NCBI GenBank assembly: GCA_964445405.1 | Contig: CAYUKX010000001.1 | Span: 1-37,973 of the forward strand | Direction of reading: 5' to 3' | Source of the DNA: an uncultured Candidatus Saccharibacteria bacterium | Lineage (GTDB): Bacteria; Patescibacteriota; Dojkabacteria; J137 | DNA length: 37,973 nt | Shown: positions 18,201-24,740 of the stretch, in pieces | Numbering within the stretch: position 1 is the first letter of the stretch | How the letters are laid out: the number at the start of each line of letters is the position of its first letter | Notes under the pieces: generated by a model | Database searches by the model: none | What the model saw: the letters and a program-made list of their open reading frames with translations, nothing else | Told to the model about the DNA's origin: nothing | Translations under genes and position numbers: made by a program

Positions 18201-20247
18201 TACTAGATAAATTTAATGATCCAAGACTGGTTGCATCGATAGTCTCTGAAGTCCAGGACTGTTCTCCGCTGGTGTACTCTGTAGGTGGAATATAGTTATA
18301 AATTTGCTGAACTTCTGCCTGTGATAAATCCCTATTATATAATCTAAAATCATCTATCAATCCATTGAAGCCCCAAATGTAACCGTTATAACCTGTATTC
18401 CCGATTGTAAGATCTGATTCGCTGTTCGGTAGACCACCTGTTGTACTCCTAAAATCATTTATTAATAGCTCTCCATTTAAATACACTTTCATAGCATTAT
18501 TTTCGTAAACTGCTACCAAATGCACCCATTCGTTTGTTGGCAACCCACTTGCAGTTCGCTCTGATTCTAGAATATCAAAAGCTACACCACCACTTCCGAA
18601 AGCGTAAAAAACGTATTCCCCATTTTCGTGCCTTGCAATCATATCGTAGTTAGATGTGCTGTTTGCATATACCCATGTAGAAATTGAGACTGTATCATTA
18701 ATGCCAACTTGGTGAATGTCGGGAACTGTCACATAGTTATTTGTGCCATTAACCGAAAGCGCTCTACCAAATTTTCCTGCTTCTGTTGTGTTTATATCGT
18801 TACCTGGCGTTGCATTTTTTGCACTTAAGCTTGAATCTATTACCTGACCAGGAGTATTACTATAACTAGCTTCATCAAACTTATAATATGCAACAAGTCC
18901 GTTGTTTACATTACTGCCTGTAGTATTATCTGTAAGTACAATTTGATCATTATCGTTTGCCTTAGTACCAGTTAAAACTGTTCCATTAGCCGTAAATTCA
19001 TCTTTTGAGTCCCAAGTTTTAGAATATAGATCAGAAGTTCCCGCACCACTTCCCCCAGCACCACCAAGAGTATGTGGAGATTCAATACTGCCATAAACAC
19101 TTCCTCCAAAACCTGAAGGGTTACTTACATCTTCAATACCTTGACCTCCTGCACCTCCATGTCCACCTCCTGCACCTCCAGTTTGTCCTGCAGAGTTGCC
19201 ACCTTGACCAATTGATTCTGTTTCAATAACTTGATAACCATTTCCATCGGCAGTTATTTTGCCTCCATTTTGAACTGTAAGATTATTTACCAATAAAGTA
19301 ACACCCCAATCACCATCTGTAGATGAGTTCTCTGTTACATATCTATCAATAATAATTTCTCCTGTTGGGCCAACAATAATATCTAAAGATGCACAATCAA
19401 TAATTCCATCTATGTTATCTGGTGTAAGAGTTACTTGATTATTTATTACAGAGGGTGATGATGGCAACGGACAAGAAGTTTGTGCGACCAGCTGTCTTAT
19501 ATTGTAGTTTAATACTGCAAAGCCACTAGCAACAAACACACCAAGTTGGAATAAGAATAATATTAAACCTACTATTAACGTTGTAATGGTTGGGTAATAC
19601 CTTACTCTATAGAAAGTTAAATCCTTACTACTTTGTGGATTAGCTTCTTTTACTTTGCCTCCGCCAAAAATATATAGAAATGTTAATAAAAAGCTTAAGT
19701 AAATTTGATTAAAAAGCCATTTAATCCAACTAATACTATTTAAAATAAAATTAGATCGCTTTTGAATCTTGTGCATTAAAACATCACAGTGATTACTTAC
19801 TTTTAAAACTTTCTTAATAATTTTGTTTTGAATACTTGTTCTATATGTTGGTATAACTTCAACACTAAATGTATACGATAAATAACTAATAAAATTATCT
19901 ACAAAGTTATTATCGTTTTTATTTAGGATAACGATTGCTGGGTCATTTAATTGAGGTAGATTTTCATCTTCGTGAATCAAAATAATTCGCCTTTTCTTAC
20001 CGAAGCCTTCTTTATCTTTTATTGATTGTACTAATTCAGCGCCTGCAAACTCTGGCAGTGTAGAATCGACAACTAACAAATCTGGATTATATAATTCTAT
20101 TAAGCCTAAACCTTTAATCCCATTATCTGAAGTGATTATAGAGATATCATTAAAGGCTTGAGTTAGTAGTTTTTTTATTGATTCTCTTATTGTGAAATCA
20201 TCATCTACTATCAAGACTTTTATTTGATTTTCTTTTTTTGAAGACAT
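6271..20247 (-). CDS. Giant (4658 aa) surface protein: N-terminal receiver domain, TM segments, LamG domains, Gly-rich repeats, F5/8C/F-type lectin, Ig-like and FN3 repeats, C-terminal TMs with two carboxypeptidase-regulatory-like domains
   Basis: Uninterrupted 14-kb ORF; VLIVDD...PDLLVVD-x-x-LP; LamG W-x-H-x-V-x-x-Y...GLID; RSDCCQDR; repeated Y-x-GTV-x-F...LP-x-x-Y-x-F; WG-x-x-x-D...VRI...T-x-x-x-G-x-YGF. Confidence 0.85.
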   Translation of the reverse strand: MSSKKENQIKVLIVDDDFTIRESIKKLLTQAFNDISIITSDNGIKGLGLIELYNPDLLVVDSTLPEFAGAELVQSIKDKEGFGKKRRIILIHEDENLPQLNDPAIVILNKNDNNFVDNFISYLSYTFSVEVIPTYRTSIQNKIIKKVLKVSNHCDVLMHKIQKRSNFILNSISWIKWLFNQIYLSFLLTFLYIFGGGKVKEANPQSSKDLTFYRVRYYPTITTLIVGLILFLFQLGVFVASGFAVLNYNIRQLVAQTSCPLPSSPSVINNQVTLTPDNIDGIIDCASLDIIVGPTGEIIIDRYVTENSSTDGDWGVTLLVNNLTVQNGGKITADGNGYQVIETESIGQGGNSAGQTGGAGGGHGGAGGQGIEDVSNPSGFGGSVYGSIESPHTLGGAGGSGAGTSDLYSKTWDSKDEFTANGTVLTGTKANDNDQIVLTDNTTGSNVNNGLVAYYKFDEASYSNTPGQVIDSSLSAKNATPGNDINTTEAGKFGRALSVNGTNNYVTVPDIHQVGINDTVSISTWVYANSTSNYDMIARHENGEYVFYAFGSGGVAFDILESERTASGLPTNEWVHLVAVYENNAMKVYLNGELLINDFRSTTGGLPNSESDLTIGNTGYNGYIWGFNGLIDDFRLYNRDLSQAEVQQIYNYIPPTEYTSGEQSWTSETIDATSLGSLNLSSIVADWELDGTDNINPKFQIEASLTGEFTGEQTTFPAVDNYYQSGGEYPIQDSMPLDLSASITSYYTYYRIKAYIDTGIDVTDTPKINSIQVSGTSLQAGSSFGGAGGGAIRITATGSVVVNGKISANGLDGQASGATSGGGGAGGSVWIEADSLSGSGLIEARGGSAADVQYQGGGGGGGRVVVLCTASNTFNGTASVAPGITGSSQDGGIGTIIGPTCRPNAPTVLKQFKSNQTNEIFVNGITTETTVVFASNLIDVDASDTLSLQIEFRELGQDFTGVPTHTQSSNIANPQSCNTPVADCGKITVSSITRSKEYHWRARVRDNKGGYSYWVSYGNNLETDRDVLVTGTPANIQYISGNNQTGIVNTQIVDPLVIRVVDSVGFPVPGYTVNWSISNGGVGGRFSGGNAITDDDGYSSRYYTLGTKSINNQVRAIGSGLVDSPITFDFVSTPDLVASFGVSTSSYSLINEAFTVNITAYDQYSNIKTDYIGNPSLSAVNPDNINTVVSGVLDPTSYQFQSGDLGVKSITLTFDTQASVRIKVTDGSAIGTSNIIAIVTSLGSCPDVDGIIDTNQTWAADTNNHGIFDCTNVSEVRIKSGSTLVLASYIVSDSNYDNEISVVVLAQNIVVEPTGIINADSRGYTGNTGPGAAVGGGYGGFNGSDTPYGSVKEPISLGSGGNWGAGAGALKLDVIGTITNNGIISANGGDTGDYRYGGGAGGSIFIVTDVLDGNGLIRTNGGTNGYASGGYSTGGRIAIYRHSGSYPINNKANIQSFGRSPGTIYIDEDGNLGGNGDLYANNNGSNGYAAGVPYDANNPTQQFNKIYLKEYGHLKIYGINSTLVISSETGIEGDNSTPSLSPEGSIQLPTTFTVDRVNLDVIGNIQGANNLTIGDGTNPARVTLYARNQKRQNDLYPNQDKYTFTTLNVKNTSYLYLQSYVGNAGVITDNNAANLNDYGVDLTSENITVDSGGFINADSRGYSANVGPGAAAGGGYGGFNGSDTPYGSVKEPVSLGSGGNWGAGAGAIKLTATNTLTNNGTISSKGGDTGDYRNGGGSGGSILVVANTLNGAGLMQVNSGVNGYASGGYSTGGRIAIYKKDGTYPLNSKTNLQSFGYAPGTIYIDEDGDLGGNGDLYINNNGSNGYYAGIPYDVLNPIQEFNTIYLKEYGHLRAYGIDSTLVIANEAGVIGDTTVPSIATEGLLQLPAVFTVDRVNLDIIGNYSGAETLTVGNGTDPAKLTFYARTQRRQNELYPNQDQYNFDTLTLKNNTNLYLQSYVGSGSTTADNNVDNLNEYGVSINATTLSVENGGVINAEGRGYSPNAGPGAGGANGGGYGGYNGSNTPYGSVKEPVSLGSGGNYGTSYGGGAIKLNVSGVLTNNGIISSLSGGSGDYRNSGGAGGSVWIISDTFNGSGVVKASAYTPTGRIGTGGRIAIYRHNGDYPINTKVNLQAFGYSPGTIYIDEDGDLGGNGDLYINNNGSNGYYAGIPYDSNAPTQQFNKVYLKEYGHLRAYGISSTLVVSSETGIEGDNTTPGISTEGLLQLPSTFTIDRINLDIIGGIQGASDLTIGDGTNPARLTLYARTQKRQDDLYPNQSLYSFDNFTVKNSAIVYLRSYVGNGGVTTDNNSANLNDYGVELNAINITIDNGGNINADSFGYSAGAGPGAAAGGGYGGFNGSDTPYGSVKEPIDLGSGGNWGAGAGSIKLTTSGTLTNNGTISAKGGDTGDYRNGGGSGGSIFIVTDTFNGSGLIRANSGADGYASGGYSSGGRIAVYKKSGTYPINSKVNIQSFGYAPGTIFIDEDGDLGGSGDLYINNNGASGYYAGIPYDSNNPVQQFGKIYLKEYGNLRAYGIASTLQIDSETGIEGDNTTPSISSEGLIQLPTTFTVDRVNLDVIGSMQGANTLTIGDGTNPARVTLYALTQKRQTDLFPNQDIYNFDSLTIQNASILYLQSYVGSAATTADNNAQDKNDYGVTINSTNLNVISGGSINADGRGYGANAGPGGAGGGNYGGVYGGYSSDHVPYGDFREPSDLGSGGNYGSASGGGAVTLNIADTLSVGGTITTNGNPTGDYRNTGGSGGSVYINAATLNGSGLIRANGASKGGTGGRIAIYKNNGDFQTDNKNYIQAFGAASDNYAGRDAGPGTIYIENTGLNSPGQGSLYLENNGLAGRAMDFEAIDYNLDDVFIGSNVTAYLKQDLLALRSEETVAEGGNVENLGDAIAIWNFEEENDDSCSGAADYCDASGNNRSLNSFGSSRNANGKVGNALELNGSNYAEVDVSDLTVTSFTVGMWAKLSQFTANGSEAEELINFNNVATTSSLDIDGSRQLRFEWPSKLVTGLVSQGKTVTMANNNPSYPPANCVDGNTSNLCQGATVGANDWIQIDLGAVKNISKVNIWNRSDCCQDRFTDFKIEVSNTGSFSGEQSQVVNLTGQNVGFPSEYSFAPANARYLRVTKINNNLLNLAEIQVFESTTYLPDNQWQHVVASYDSTTGIRKIYVNGTEVNSLNLGTNYSLPLSKISIGKGGLGSSTGFVGLIDEVFLYPRALSSTEINIYERTYSWNEYNNKRGRGPVLNLTGNLLIDTNALLTGKALGFPSETGVGRGVRGAGQSGGAGGGHGGTGGTGESDGGNTAPQGGTFYGNQRTPFTLGSGGGQAGTGASGGAGGGAVALRVRSGDVTIRGTIDVSGENGKTASPGGGGGAGGSILIEGQTCSISGTLNAQGGSGGDDAFDGGGGGGGRISILYTQGPCESTGTVTVANGTSAGGQSGQVGTFPTISSIPSTPLFKDQYKIDGETAIPVGGVTPEQSVNLKASVSDPGADNLNPQSLVAEFEVVGLNESFTAAYTLKGKVVPDYKNTIFAGVYNSPTTEFSGGVPLVSEVNVSGLIPGEEYKWRARVLNEDTSVAGSWTEFGNNSSNQADFIVSNTTGLEITTNKTNVLVGETITLTVNAKDGSNNTDGTYRGTVQFTSNPSANSNLPSNYTFSGSDNGTATFNNQLSFSQAGTYTVTVTDTVAGSLTATTEQITVNLPPANANSITITPSKTTVKQGEQLSVSVSILDQYSDIFSSYNGTVTFGSTAGSNATIPSNYTYVGGDNGSHDFNNSVLFSQVGTYTITVTDIADSGLTATSVQITVEASIDSLSIVPSSTNVTAGDPISLIVSALTDTLQPDTYYRGTVTFTTTGNNNTILPSNYTFTELDDAEKLFTNGLVFTQAGTYTVTVTDTINNSITATSVPITVTEPAPTTATAIELESNKIEANVGEQLSLTVRAKDDLNAIVTNYNGTVTFTSSASPDATLPNNYQFTLSNSGVHEFSNELTFLKEGTFTVTVRDVIYSDLTDTITIQVTSSAKTLGITPSKYVVRIGEVIDLTVDAFNTQNNNDPLYRGSVNFTSTSASALLPSDYTFISGDSGRRVFTNSVKFAESGIYTIKVQDKNISNLNATSQNIIVNPENNCQDNPESVDCIADVQITNVTTENIGLTAQRICWETNISTIGNISYGLAAGSEYTNATPVEAEYAENHCQVIENLDESTQYIFNIHATSNAGKSDDYNDSFTTLNGEVIQVSDPRQCINNFENYSFNSNGQVVINYQTDSESFCKVHYGNASDSMIFSYEDKQKITNHTAILELANLDGVNDLYYKVDCVNTEKTCVQSGVIPISRYINYYPEKPFTIQVTEDTVPLILTITTIATGALNIITYPGMVMYAIPWIGKKRRKSTWGVIFDESTKEPIPFVLVRIYDEVGKIQKQIVTGFDGKYGFLVNKGTYTLEAKHSDYHFEKFEIEISENEGIAAKNIGLKKLSLKKNTIKEALLRFRESIKKNLPKINNSIVVIGFIISAIALVVTPSFFNYFVASIYLIQLLVLILLNARKREWGYVYDSANYKRIKSASVRVFDIKQGRQIDVLLTDAEGRFGFTLEPGSYHLQVNAAGYELDKAKLSKRYDRLESSIGQTLIKITVKKKEQITIEFPMKKSSEVLGKFEM
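11700..16400 (-). repeat. Intragenic tandem repeat, ~1015-nt (~340-aa) unit, about 4.5 copies
   Basis: TACACTTCC(G/A)TATGG (YGSV) recurs at 16195, 15181, 14161 and 13150, with a divergent copy near 12130; spacings 1014, 1020, 1011 and 1026 nt. Confidence 0.9.
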
Positions 20248-20330
20248 ATCGCAAGAAATTAGCTCTCGTTATTTATAGTTCTAGTTTATAGAAATTGTAT
20301 TTTTAATTCAATATCATAGTTCACTAAAGT

Positions 20331-21836
20331 TTAAATTTCTTTATGCACATCTTTAGGATCCTTATCGTCACGCAATCCTAAAAAAATAGCTTGCCTTAAA
20401 TTACCTGATTCTGTCCACTCAGCAAATTTAATTTGTGCAACAAATTTCGGAGAGATCCACGCAGCAACATTTTTATCATCTTTAAAATTATCAAATGGAG
20501 AATTTTTTAAAATATGTTTATCGAACTTCGTTTTAAGTTCATTTATTAAATCTGAACTAAAGCCGCTACCAGTTCTTCCAACATAAATAAACTTATTATT
20601 CTGATACATCCCTACAAGTAATGCGCCAAAACCTTCGCGCAAACCTTCAGGAAACGTATAACCACCAATTACCACTTCCTGTTCATGAACTGCTTTAATC
20701 TTTTTCCAGTATGAACTCCGCTCTTGTATATACTCGCTATTAATTTTTTTTGCCACAATACCTTCGAATAGTCTTTCTTTAGCCTTTGTGAAAGCAGTTA
20801 TTCCTTCTTCTAGAATATAATTTGTTTTCTTTACAACTGAGTTATTTTTTATTAATTTTTTTAATGTGTTTTTTCTTTCTATAAGTGGCAATTTAGTCAA
20901 ATCTAAATCGTTCAATTTCAAAATATCAAATACGTAATATATTAAATTACCAGCTCTTGAGTCATTGTAATTTTGCAATGCTTGAAATGATGGAATACCA
21001 TTTTGATCTTCAACTACAATTTCCCCATCTAGAATTATGTTTAGTCCTAGCTTTTCGAGCTCTTCAATTATTTTTGGATACTTACTGTTTAAAGTAATAT
21101 TGTTTCTTGAATACAATCTTACGTTTCCATTAGAAATATCTGCTATCGCTCTGTACCCATCGAGTTTTTCCTCGAATAACCACTCTTTATCATTGAATGG
21201 TTTATCGATTAACTCCGCAAGCATCGGCTTTATTACTGTACTTGTCCACTCTCTTGAATCATTACTTTGTTTAATATCCTCGAGAGTTTTCTCAGTTAGG
21301 ACAGATCTTTCATCGTCTAGTAAATTTGAACCGACATAGTCATCTTTTTCTTTTAATAATAACCATGCGTTATCGCCTGCGCGTTTAAAACGCACAAATG
21401 CGTATCTTCCTTTTGCCTTTTGGCCATTCAATATTAGTTTTATATCACCACTTTTAATACCTTCTAATACTTTTTGATCAACCTCTTTTTTTGTAGTGGC
21501 ACCTTCCACTGTATAAGTTCCTGTATCCCATACTATAACTTCTCCTGCACCATAATTGCCCTCGGGAATAACTCCCTCAAAATCTTTATAACTGTAAGGG
21601 TGATCTTCTACCATCATGGCTAAGTGTCGTTCTTTAGTATCTGTTGATAACCCTTTTGGCACCGCCCAAGATTTTAGAACTCCTTCAACCTCAATTCTAA
21701 AATCATAGTGCAATCGGGTGGCATTGTGTTTTTGAATTACAAAAATAGGGAATTCACTTTTGGAAGTTTCGATTTTACCTTCAGGTTCTTTGGTATTACT
21801 AAAATCCCTTTTTTTATTATATTGTTCTAGTTTCAT
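20331..21836 (-). CDS. ligD: NHEJ DNA ligase D (3'-phosphoesterase plus ATP-dependent ligase; no polymerase domain)
   Basis: PE motifs QKH-x-A-x-RLHYDFR, SWAVPKG, EDHP, YGAG; ligase motif I EKLDGYR, LDGEIV, YYVFD, EGIVAK. Confidence 0.93.
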   Translation of the reverse strand: MKLEQYNKKRDFSNTKEPEGKIETSKSEFPIFVIQKHNATRLHYDFRIEVEGVLKSWAVPKGLSTDTKERHLAMMVEDHPYSYKDFEGVIPEGNYGAGEVIVWDTGTYTVEGATTKKEVDQKVLEGIKSGDIKLILNGQKAKGRYAFVRFKRAGDNAWLLLKEKDDYVGSNLLDDERSVLTEKTLEDIKQSNDSREWTSTVIKPMLAELIDKPFNDKEWLFEEKLDGYRAIADISNGNVRLYSRNNITLNSKYPKIIEELEKLGLNIILDGEIVVEDQNGIPSFQALQNYNDSRAGNLIYYVFDILKLNDLDLTKLPLIERKNTLKKLIKNNSVVKKTNYILEEGITAFTKAKERLFEGIVAKKINSEYIQERSSYWKKIKAVHEQEVVIGGYTFPEGLREGFGALLVGMYQNNKFIYVGRTGSGFSSDLINELKTKFDKHILKNSPFDNFKDDKNVAAWISPKFVAQIKFAEWTESGNLRQAIFLGLRDDKDPKDVHKEI

Positions 21837-22618
21837 TAAGATTTTCTTGATTCTTCAATTTCTGCAAGACTTTTTTGCAACTGCTCCATAATTTCTGTTA
21901 CATCAGTTTGTTTAGGTGCAGTCTTCGGCTCTTTAATTGGTTTTTTATTAATTTTTGCATCAATAATCCTTTTTAAACCCTTTAAATAGTCATCTTGAAA
22001 ATCTGATGGATCGAATTGCTCCGACATTCCTTCTATTAATTGTTCTGCCATTTGCACTTCTTTATCTGATAGTTTTATATTCTTAGGCAAATTCAATTTT
22101 GTTGCAGGTTTAATTTCTGATTCATACCTTAATTGATTAAGTATAAGCATATTACCTTCTGGCTTTACAATACATAAATGCTCTCTATTTTTTAGTACAA
22201 ACTCAGCAACACCAACTTTATTAGATTTTTTTAAAGCTTTAATTAATAACATGTAGGTTTTTTCTGCACCTTTTGCAGGCTCTAAGTAATAAGGTTTATC
22301 AAAATAAATTGGATCAATATCTTCTTTATCAACAAAACAAGAAATCTCTATGCTGTTACTTCTATGAATATCTACTTTTTCAAAGTCTTCATCGGTTAAT
22401 ACAACATAATCGCCCTTTTGATACTCATAACCTTTCACAATGTCCTTCCATGGAACTTCCTTTTCAGTTTCTGTGTCAATTCGCGCGTATCTAATTGGAG
22501 CTTTATCTTTTTTGCTAAGCATATCCAAATCAAGTTGTACGCTTTGTGTTGCTGTATATAGATTTACTGGAATGTAAATTAATCCAAAGCTAATCCCACC
22601 AGTCCACATTGCTCTCAT
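21836..22618 (-). CDS. ku: NHEJ Ku protein
   Basis: MRAMWTGGISFGLIYIPV, IVKGYEY and YFDKPYYL-x-P are bacterial Ku hallmarks; its stop overlaps the ligD start (TAATG). Confidence 0.95.
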   Translation of the reverse strand: MRAMWTGGISFGLIYIPVNLYTATQSVQLDLDMLSKKDKAPIRYARIDTETEKEVPWKDIVKGYEYQKGDYVVLTDEDFEKVDIHRSNSIEISCFVDKEDIDPIYFDKPYYLEPAKGAEKTYMLLIKALKKSNKVGVAEFVLKNREHLCIVKPEGNMLILNQLRYESEIKPATKLNLPKNIKLSDKEVQMAEQLIEGMSEQFDPSDFQDDYLKGLKRIIDAKINKKPIKEPKTAPKQTDVTEIMEQLQKSLAEIEESRKS

Positions 22619-22703
22619 AATACGTAATAAAAGATATTCATACTATATTAAACAATAATACGTTAATCGTAAAATGGTAGTAAATTATTCGTAAAGATTG
22701 CTC

Positions 22704-22731
22704 TTGAAAATTTAAGTTGGTGATTTATAAT
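22704..22731 (+). promoter_or_regulatory. Sigma70-type promoter
   Basis: TTGAAA (22704-22709), 16-nt spacer, TATAAT (22726-22731). Confidence 0.65.
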
Positions 22732-22734
22732 CGT

Positions 22735-22925
22735 GTTGATAGACACAAAGTCTGTCTTCAACGGATAAAAGAAAGGACGCCCAATATGAAAAATCAAAAT
22801 TTCAACTTCCTTGCTTCCCAGCAGGGAGGGGGTGATCCAATTCGAGTCGCCTGATGAAAGTCAGACGCTGTTAGGCCTAATCCACCTAACCAGGGGTGAG
22901 GGGGCGCAATGCCCACTCACCTTTT
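22735..22925 (+). ncRNA. Putative ~190-nt structured small RNA, possibly dual-function with a 22-codon ORF (22786-22854)
   Basis: GC-rich, lies between a promoter and a terminator, has successive hairpins (GUUGA..UCAAC, CUUCCUUGCU/AGCAGGGAGG, CUGA/UCAG, GUUAGG/CCUAAC), and AGAAAGGA sits 8 nt before an ATG. Confidence 0.55.
22893..22925 (+). terminator. Intrinsic terminator-like hairpin
   Basis: GGTGAG-GGGGC-GCAAT-GCCC-A-CTCACC followed by TTTT. Confidence 0.6.
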
Positions 22926-22989
22926 GAGTTACTTCAGATTATTCAAGATTCAGATTTACCAAAATAAACTTTAATACTATCATCTGATT

Positions 22990-23799
22990 ATGAACGAATA
23001 CGAACAGATAAAAAAAGCATTAGTTTATATTGCTGAAAACTATAAATCTCAACCTTCTTTACAAGAATTAGCCAATGCAGTGAATCTGAATCCATATCAA
23101 TTTCAAAAATTATTTACACTTTGGGCAGGTATAAGTCCTAAACAATTCTTACAATACATAAATATTAATTACGCAAAAGAGATCTTATTAAGTAATGGTA
23201 GTATTACAGATGCTACATACAATATAGGGCTTTCGGGAACCAGTAGGTTGCATGATCTTTTTGTAAATTTAACTGCGATGACACCCGCGGAATATAAAAA
23301 TAAAGGTAAAAATCTAAAGATAGAATACAGTTTTAATAATAGTAAATTCGGAAGCTACTTGGTGGCTTCAACTAAAAAAGGAATTTGTGAATTACTTTTT
23401 GGAGAAAATAAATTAACTCTTTGGGAACTTAATCATAAATGGACGAATGCAAATATAGTTGAAAAAACAAATGAACAGCATAAATTAGTAGCTGATTTTA
23501 TTAATAACCAATTACACAAAGGTGAAAAAATTAAATTACATTTAAAGGGTACTAATTTTCAAATAAAAGTTTGGGAGGGACTCCTAAAAATACCTGAACA
23601 ACAATTATGCAGCTATTCGCAAGTTGCAAACAGTATTGAGTCAAACGCATATAGGGCAGTTGGAACAGCTATAGCCAATAATCCTATCGCATACATAATT
23701 CCATGTCACAGAGTTATAAAATCTACCGGTGAATTTGGGAACTATAGATGGGGTAAGGAAATAAAGATTGCAATGATTGGTCTTGAACAAGTTAAATAG
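22990..23799 (+). CDS. Ada-like protein: AraC HTH plus O6-methylguanine-DNA methyltransferase
   Basis: N-terminal AraC-type HTH (WAGISPKQF), GT-x-FQ-x-x-VW, RAVG-x-A, and active site PCHRV. Confidence 0.9.
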   Translation: MNEYEQIKKALVYIAENYKSQPSLQELANAVNLNPYQFQKLFTLWAGISPKQFLQYININYAKEILLSNGSITDATYNIGLSGTSRLHDLFVNLTAMTPAEYKNKGKNLKIEYSFNNSKFGSYLVASTKKGICELLFGENKLTLWELNHKWTNANIVEKTNEQHKLVADFINNQLHKGEKIKLHLKGTNFQIKVWEGLLKIPEQQLCSYSQVANSIESNAYRAVGTAIANNPIAYIIPCHRVIKSTGEFGNYRWGKEIKIAMIGLEQVK

Positions 23800-23961
23800 C
23801 AAAGGAATATTACAATATGAAGCGGCAAGAAGTTTAAGTTTATTTTTATTTACGAAGAATTTCTCGAAGATTATATTGTAAATATTCCCTTGATCAACTT
23901 AAATTTAGTATCTACTTTTTTATTAAATTGTAAGTAAAGGAGATGTAAATATTCTGTAAAT

Positions 23962-23992
23962 AAAAAGGGCTCAACTGAGCCCTTTACTTTTT
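23962..23992. terminator. Bidirectional intrinsic terminator
   Basis: AAAAAGGGCTCA-AC-TGAGCCCTTTACTTTTT between convergent genes. Confidence 0.75.
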
Positions 23993-24006
23993 GGTATATT
24001 AAATTA

Positions 24007-24579
24007 TTAAAAATTCATTGGACCATGTCCTTTTCCAGATCCACCCATTCCTCTTTCACCAAAACCGCCCATTAATCTTACTTCAGCGGATTTAGCAGCT
24101 TCTTGTGCAGCTTCCAGTTCATCAACTGTAGTATTTAAGCCTGATTCATTCAATTGATCAACAATTGATTGATGTCTTTCTGCTCTCATTTGCTCCATTT
24201 GAGACTGTCTTTCTTCATGTGTAGAGTTTCCCTGACCTGCATTTTCTGGTCTACCTGCTTCAGCTGGTGGATTCATCTCTAGATTTTGAACGGCAGTTAG
24301 AATATCAGCTTGTCTTTGGGTTAATGTTCCTGCAGTAACTGCATTCACAATTTCTGTAGTTACTTCTGCTTTTACTTCTGATCTAATTTGTGTGTGAGTT
24401 GAATCAAATGCTGATTGAACTACACTTTGATCTAATCCTAAATTACCTGCAAGTTTTTGTACAAAACCTGAGACATCGGTTTCTGTTGTATCATCAGCAG
24501 AAATAATAATTGGAACCGAAATTGCACCTGCAAGACCCAATGTTCCTACTAAACCTAACGCAACTAATCTTTTATTCAT
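24007..24579 (-). CDS. Secreted helical hypothetical protein with Gly/Met-rich C-terminal tail
   Basis: Signal-like N-terminus, G-x-LT-x-x-QAD motif, and GGFGERGMGG tail. Confidence 0.6.
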   Translation of the reverse strand: MNKRLVALGLVGTLGLAGAISVPIIISADDTTETDVSGFVQKLAGNLGLDQSVVQSAFDSTHTQIRSEVKAEVTTEIVNAVTAGTLTQRQADILTAVQNLEMNPPAEAGRPENAGQGNSTHEERQSQMEQMRAERHQSIVDQLNESGLNTTVDELEAAQEAAKSAEVRLMGGFGERGMGGSGKGHGPMNF

Positions 24580-24740
24580 ATTAGTTTATTAAAAAATATT
24601 AACAGCAAGATTACAAATTTTTAGCGCCTGTAACAATTGCTTATTTGTAGGATATCAATTGATAGGTGAAGTAATAGTGAACGCAAGGGGAATTGAATGT
24701 GAGCTACTGTGGCGCGGCCTTAAGGCCGCGCCAATAAAGT

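Noticed and set aside
22845-22865. Hammerhead core CTGATGA
   Set aside because: No stem II followed by GAAAC; CTGA instead pairs with TCAG in a simple hairpin.
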